NCBI GenBank assembly: GCA_013239625.1
Contig: MU054400.1
Coordinates: forward strand, 3,355,032-3,419,031
Direction of reading: 5' to 3'
Source: Lama guanicoe
Lineage: Eukaryota
DNA: 64,000 nucleotides
Shown: positions 63,766 to 64,000 of the stretch, piece after piece
How the letters are laid out: each line of letters opens with the position of its first letter
Numbering within the stretch: the first letter of the stretch is position 1
Notes under the pieces: model-generated
The model's input: the letters and a program-made list of their open reading frames with translations, nothing else
Database searches by the model: none
What the model was told of the DNA's origin: nothing
Position numbers and translations under genes: made by a program

Positions 63766-64000
63766 ACCACATATTACTTGCCAGACTTAAAATATCACTG
63801 GCATATAATGACCTAAAGATGCCTTTGTCTGTCACCTTAATTTCTAAAATTTCAAATCACTGGGTATTGTTTAAGCCATGAACTGAAGGAAAATCCAGGG
63901 CCTCTAGATTATTTACTCATGCACAAAGGCATTCAAGGTAGAGCACATTCTTAGAACTAGTCTGGGATCAGGATTTCTAATACAATTTTGTAAAAAATCA

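Overview
Mammalian (non-bacterial) genomic DNA, probably from a camelid, judging by a tRNA-derived SINE that resembles camelid vic-1 and cetartiodactyl-type L1 3' ends. The right half carries the last eight coding exons of AGTPBP1 (cytosolic carboxypeptidase 1, CCP1/Nna1) on the minus strand. All eight have AG/GT boundaries (the last ends at TGA) with consistent phases. They splice to 1258 nt, giving the M14-type catalytic domain (HPGE, NPDG, DLNR, DYHGH, YTME motifs) and the acidic tail ending ...SRTYLP*. A 3' UTR with AATAAA signals follows. The left ~30 kb is GC/CpG-richer intergenic DNA with no recognisable protein-coding gene. It is filled with MaLR/ERVL LTRs, L1, L2, MIR, hAT MITEs and simple repeats. 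Most short ORFs in the ORF track are chance or repeat-derived. I found no convincing new multi-gene system. The best leads are candidate microexons or alternative ends in the last introns that would remove or alter the CCP1 acidic tail, an orphan CRE/RFX X-box/GC-box promoter-like module near 10.35 kb, a palindromic two-way poly(A) signal at the GC/AT boundary, and several informative retrotransposition scars. Repeat subfamily names come from recalled consensus sequences, not a database search, and repeat boundaries are approximate.
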